Below, piece by piece: positions 59,190 to 64,000 of a stretch of 64,000 bases of DNA. Within the stretch, counting starts at the first letter, position 1, and each line of letters opens with the position of its first letter. The DNA is taken from contig PDIP01000008.1 in NCBI GenBank assembly GCA_002811645.1, forward strand, positions 190,608-254,607, given 5' to 3'. The notes beneath the pieces were generated by a model that searched no databases, was not told where the DNA came from, and saw only the letters and a list, made by a program, of their open reading frames with translations. The translations under genes were made by a program, and so were the position numbers. The stretch is from Corallochytrium limacisporum Hawaii (lineage: Eukaryota; Protista; Pluriformea).

Positions 59190-62100
59190 ATGGATTTGTC
59201 CTCGCGCATAGAGGACCAGGCGCGATCGAACGTTCTAGTGGAGGCATTTGGTGAGGTACGTGAGTTGGTGTTCACAGATTGCTTCCAGCGACTGCAAACG
59301 TGCAACTATGCGTTCCCTGGGCAAAGACGGCCGAGCTCGGTAGAGACTTTGTCGGAACCGGCCAGCAATGCAGCCACCGTGTACGGACTACGGTTTCAGC
59401 GTTTGGTTTCGAGTGAAAGCACGGAGTGGCACGACTTATTCTTCTGTCGACGAATTTTGGCAATTGTGGGCATTGTAGACTTGGACAAGTGTAAGGACAG
59501 AGACCTAACTGGGCCCTTGGAAGAAATCGGGAGCACAAAGTCGAAACTCAAGGCAATTGATCACCGCATAATCTTTGTGGGAACCCCCAAGAGTCAGACT
59601 GCAAAGGATATTGTTAATCAGAATCTGCAGTCATCGACTGCTATTCTCTTGCCGTCGGATTTTGCCCAAATTGAAGAGCATGCATTCAATCGACAGATCA
59701 ACACACTCTCAGGGGCCTTGGCAGACTCGCTGTCTGCCGCTCTGACAGCCCTCCACCGTGCTCGGCTTACCGATCGCGGCGACCGACTGCCTCTATTACT
59801 GATTCCATCGGAGAGGCAATTGATGAACAATGACGAATTCAAACGGAGCAATCGGAAAAGATTCTTGACTCGATTGGACAAGCAAACGGGAGATCTGTTG
59901 CTGCTCTTGGGAGAGTTTGAAAAGGCGGCAAAGATCTTCACCGAATGTATCAGTGTTACGCGCACCACAGATGCCTGTTGGTATGCTGCAAGTTGTGAGG
60001 GCTTAGCATGTGCCCTTTTGTGTAATCCACAGCTCCTTGATCAACACAAGAGCGTTTCTATCACATACTACAGTACCGGGGATGTGAAAGCGGATACAGT
60101 AAATCCTCTGACAAAGATAATACGTCAACAAAGCGGAGTTATAGACGGCGATGATGCGTCAATTGGTGACTACACCCCTGTTGACGCGACAGCGGTGAAG
60201 GATGGTATCCTCTACCGAAGCTTGATTGATTTTGGTCCGCAAGATGAGAGCTTAGTGAGCACAGTGCTGAGATTGTATGCGGAAGTGGTGGCCGCGTATC
60301 GCAGCACGCGGTATCGAAGCGTCTTTCGATTAGAGTACGAGGCAAGGATCAAAGCAGCCCGATTAGCGGCGACGTCTGAGAGAGAGCAGTCAAGTCTACG
60401 TGGTAGTGCCGCAAGTCAAATTCGATACGGCTATGCAGAATCTGTACACGCCTGGCTGCAGAGTGCGATGCACCAGAACATTGAAACAAGTGACCAGCGC
60501 CGGATTGAAGTGAACACAGTGTTCGGTGAAATCTACGCCAAGGCGGGCATGCAACGGAAAGCCTTATTGCACGCTGTGCGGGCATTCGAGCGCTATCAAA
60601 AGGCATCCTCGCGAATATCCTTGCCGTGGCCATATTTTCTCATCAAGACCATCGCTGAAAGCGTGTCAAAGGACATAGCCAAATCGTCCAACGAAACCAT
60701 TACGATTTGGGATGAATTGGTGAGGCCTGATGACATTACCTTTTTTAACTCTGACAACCATGAACAGGATGGTGAGAGGTGGTTTCGAGTCCCATCTTCA
60801 AGTCACTGCGATGTTGGTCCGCCTGGTGTACAGGAGCCAATCTGGAGGGCCATGAAGTTCAAAATCCTGCAACACATGATCCGAAGCGCTCGACGGTCGG
60901 GGATGAATACGGTTGCACGGAAATGGCTGGCAAAAGGTCTAAGTGATGTGGCCGACCTGATGACAGAACAGGACTTTGAAGATGCTATTGCCGTCCTGAA
61001 AACCGCGATTCCTGTCCCATGTGTCCCGTCAGCAAACCCAAATGGATTCAATGTCGATGGATGTCTGCAATTTCAGGATGGGCTATGCATAACTGACTTT
61101 GAAGTAGAGGATGCCAGTCAATCGCTGATGGAACTCGTGACAAACTCGGAGCAGCCGGATGAGCTTTCAGACGATCCTACTTCCAAGTTGCGGAAGAGTC
61201 CCTTTCTCTACTCTCCCTTCGCCAATAACACTCGGGAGAAAGGCAAGAGAGTGAAAGGGCTGACCCCAGAAGATGCCGTGATATGGCTAGCTGGCGATGA
61301 ATTTCGTATTGTGCTGTCCGTGTCATCAAAAATGGGCAACGTTGAAATCCAAAACGTCAAGGTTGTGGGTGAAATGCACAAGGAGGGCATCAGCTGGCCA
61401 TGGGAGAGTATGCCCACCAAGCTGACCTTGGACAGCACAACACCAACTAACACTAGTACACCACAGCGCAACCGCCACAGTCGAGGTCTCCGGCCAATAC
61501 AAAAACCGAAGACGCCGTCACCATCCCACCAGCGCAGCAGAGTCCGCGAACGAACAACCCGGTCCAAGTCTGTAGAACCCCACAGCGTGGCAGGCAGGGG
61601 CCCCCATTTCAGACCGTCCGATTCTTCGAGACCGGCACCGTACAGAGCATCACTTGTGGTCACAGCAATTGCTCCGTCAGAGGTTGGCTCTACTGTGGTT
61701 CTGCATGGACTGCAAGGGACGGCTTTTGGAAACCCGGTGTTCATCCCCTTTCCACCACACAAGAGAGAGAAGAACAAGGGCAAAAGTGCGGGTGAGAGCA
61801 AACGGGAAGCTCAGTCCATACCCACAAACTTCCATGTCAAGGTATTGGACTCAGTCCCAAAGATCCACGTTGAAAGTGCGACTGGTGGTCCCGACTTTAG
61901 CACCGTGCAGTACCTCCTCGAAGGAGAATCTCGCCTCTTTTATTTGAAGATGACCAACATTGGCCGTGTTCCGGTCGATGGTCTCAGTGTCAATGTGAAT
62001 GATACAAAAGTTGGCAAGGAGAAAGCTGCCGAGATGGTGAACTGGGGAGTTGTCTCCAGAACTGATCTGGATCCTGAGGACAGTGTCTCGTTTAGGACTT

Positions 62101-63467
62101 GCTCCGAGATGCAGAATATCCATCTTACGGAAGGAGAACAGCTAATCATTTGTCTAAGAATAGTGGGGCTCACAGATATCAATGGGACACTGAACTTCGT
62201 GGCGCACGGCCCCGTTTCGAGTCCTGCCGAAGCCGTGGATGAGCACAAAGTTGGCTACGCTCGTGTTGTGTCCAAAGTTTTTGAGTGCCAGTTGGAGGAA
62301 CCACTGGCGATCACAAGCTTCAAGATCATGTCCGTACCTCCTCACTTAACTGCAGCCATGGCTCGGGATTGGCTGAGTTGTGCGAATCTGTTTACTGGTG
62401 GCGAGCTGCAGATCATCAGCCCGGACGAGTACGTTCTGTTGGTGATGGATATGGAGAACCGCAGCGCCTATGACTACACGATTCGTATCTCTGTCAGTGC
62501 GCACAATCCACACGAGAATGTTGAGGCCAATCCTCAGCGACTTACTAGATCTATCTCTCACAGCATTGCGGAGATGGCTCTTGTGGAAATTGCCGGCATG
62601 CGCGAGGACGGCCATGACACGATCGAAGCCCACGTCGGCTTTAGCTCGCGGATCGTCATCCCTCTCCGGCGGTTTACTCTGCCCACTGATGTCTGGGACT
62701 GCGAGATTCCTTGGGAATCCGAGACCGTTCAATATGTGCGGCCCCGGGATGGGTCTTCCCGCGACGATGCCAGCACCCGCCGACGGTATTGGTATAGTCT
62801 CTTGCTGCGTGAGCAGATCAGCCTTGACTTCCGTTGCAAGCAGAGGAACACATCAGGCCTCCTGAGTTTAAGAGCTTTGCAACTCAACGAAAGAATGATT
62901 GCACAGATTGAGCGCCCACAGATCAGTATTCACTCGTCATTAACTATACTCGGAGCTATCAGTGATGATGGTGCAGAGGTATCCGAGGATGCGGAGCTGG
63001 CATTGAAGTCGGTGCGCTTCCCTTGCAATGAGTCCATAGTGAAGGTGAAGTGGACTGTAAGGAACAATGCGGATATAGAATTGCCACCGCTGAGGTGGAA
63101 GGTAGAGGTAGGGCCCTTAGGTTCAGCTGTCATCGACGAATCCTTTCAGGTCATCGGAGCTCTGAACGGCGTGATCTGTAAGCTCGATGCCAGCAGTGAG
63201 GAGAAGGTAACCGTTCTGCTACAATTTTTCTCTCCCAACACATACACTCTGAAGTTCAGCCTGCAACGACTGGATCTCGCCACAACAATTACAACGGGGC
63301 CTCAGGTCACAGTCAATGTCCCGGCCACCGACCATCCACAGCGGTCATCCATCACCTCCAGTCCGGAAGACGTCAAAAACATCCTGCAAGCATCTGCACA
63401 GGCCAGAGATGCCATCCGTAGTCTGCAGGGTCTACATCGACCACCACTGGTGCTACATGCAGTGTAG
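59190..63467 (+). CDS. TRAPPC9: TRAPP II subunit TRAPPC9/Trs120-like
   Basis: EWHDL...RRILAIVGIVD, RLDKQTGDLLLLLG, WYAASCEG, AGMQRK, SPFLYSPF, LLEGES...MTNIG. Confidence 0.88.
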   Translation: MDLSSRIEDQARSNVLVEAFGEVRELVFTDCFQRLQTCNYAFPGQRRPSSVETLSEPASNAATVYGLRFQRLVSSESTEWHDLFFCRRILAIVGIVDLDKCKDRDLTGPLEEIGSTKSKLKAIDHRIIFVGTPKSQTAKDIVNQNLQSSTAILLPSDFAQIEEHAFNRQINTLSGALADSLSAALTALHRARLTDRGDRLPLLLIPSERQLMNNDEFKRSNRKRFLTRLDKQTGDLLLLLGEFEKAAKIFTECISVTRTTDACWYAASCEGLACALLCNPQLLDQHKSVSITYYSTGDVKADTVNPLTKIIRQQSGVIDGDDASIGDYTPVDATAVKDGILYRSLIDFGPQDESLVSTVLRLYAEVVAAYRSTRYRSVFRLEYEARIKAARLAATSEREQSSLRGSAASQIRYGYAESVHAWLQSAMHQNIETSDQRRIEVNTVFGEIYAKAGMQRKALLHAVRAFERYQKASSRISLPWPYFLIKTIAESVSKDIAKSSNETITIWDELVRPDDITFFNSDNHEQDGERWFRVPSSSHCDVGPPGVQEPIWRAMKFKILQHMIRSARRSGMNTVARKWLAKGLSDVADLMTEQDFEDAIAVLKTAIPVPCVPSANPNGFNVDGCLQFQDGLCITDFEVEDASQSLMELVTNSEQPDELSDDPTSKLRKSPFLYSPFANNTREKGKRVKGLTPEDAVIWLAGDEFRIVLSVSSKMGNVEIQNVKVVGEMHKEGISWPWESMPTKLTLDSTTPTNTSTPQRNRHSRGLRPIQKPKTPSPSHQRSRVRERTTRSKSVEPHSVAGRGPHFRPSDSSRPAPYRASLVVTAIAPSEVGSTVVLHGLQGTAFGNPVFIPFPPHKREKNKGKSAGESKREAQSIPTNFHVKVLDSVPKIHVESATGGPDFSTVQYLLEGESRLFYLKMTNIGRVPVDGLSVNVNDTKVGKEKAAEMVNWGVVSRTDLDPEDSVSFRTCSEMQNIHLTEGEQLIICLRIVGLTDINGTLNFVAHGPVSSPAEAVDEHKVGYARVVSKVFECQLEEPLAITSFKIMSVPPHLTAAMARDWLSCANLFTGGELQIISPDEYVLLVMDMENRSAYDYTIRISVSAHNPHENVEANPQRLTRSISHSIAEMALVEIAGMREDGHDTIEAHVGFSSRIVIPLRRFTLPTDVWDCEIPWESETVQYVRPRDGSSRDDASTRRRYWYSLLLREQISLDFRCKQRNTSGLLSLRALQLNERMIAQIERPQISIHSSLTILGAISDDGAEVSEDAELALKSVRFPCNESIVKVKWTVRNNADIELPPLRWKVEVGPLGSAVIDESFQVIGALNGVICKLDASSEEKVTVLLQFFSPNTYTLKFSLQRLDLATTITTGPQVTVNVPATDHPQRSSITSSPEDVKNILQASAQARDAIRSLQGLHRPPLVLHAV

Positions 63468-64000
63468 ACCATCGGAAATCCCACTGCCAGCAAAAAGAAT
63501 GGCCAATAAAGGGCCCCGCCCCGCCACTGTGGCAAGGGTCACGATATTAAAACAGGTCAGTATATATAATTTCGGGGTCCATTTCCGGCCCCTCCACTGA
63601 CGCAAGGTAACTGCGGGGCCGCCGTGGGGAACCCGCAAGGACCCCTCTCCGCTTCAGAGGGCCCCCCCCCCCGGGGCGGACAGCGGTAGCTGGGACAAAG
63701 AAGGGCCAAAGTACCCCTGGGGGCCGGGCCCGATGGATGAGAAGCCCCGCTTGGCACTACCGGGTCACCCGAAGGTGCCGGTTGCCAAAGAGAAAGCAGG
63801 GAAATGAGGAAGGTGCCGCCCTTGCCGCTTTTTTTTTTTGGTCGCTTCCATCGCCTTATTTTCCTCCTCTGCTTTTTCCTGGTTCTTTTTTTTTTTTCCC
63901 TTCATCCCTCGCTTTCGTTTCTTCTCCCCTTTTCTATTTTTCAACTTACGTTCCCTTTGTCTGCAATTGCAAACCCCTGCCCGTATAAACGCCCTCCCTC

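Overview
Eukaryotic nuclear DNA: about 24 protein genes plus one pseudogene, almost all single-exon, with seven N-gaps. Only one coding intron is supportable (acyl-protein thioesterase). The opisthokont-type genes (Hook, TRAPPC9/13, ATG101, RN-tre-like TBC) and near-absence of introns suggest a unicellular holozoan such as Corallochytrium; this is inference. Genes largely alternate between tight convergent pairs (about 60-280 bp apart) and divergent pairs separated by homopolymer/microsatellite islands. Main observations: (1) a decaying flagellar radial-spoke gene (RSPH1-like) with GTG in place of the start, an in-frame TAA and apparent loss of MORN repeats; (2) a PA1024-type NADH:quinone oxidoreductase head-to-head with a bacterial-type acyl-CoA dehydrogenase ending in SKL, echoing a bacterial beta-oxidation operon; (3) a membrane-anchored DUF4955/PL29-like beta-helix protein, a horizontal-transfer candidate; (4) a TA-flanked ~1.3 kb element with Stowaway-like terminal inverted repeats, its interior in a gap; (5) head-to-head ABCG half-transporters; (6) recurrent ~50-nt candidate 5'-UTR introns. 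All family calls come from motif recognition by eye; no searches were run.
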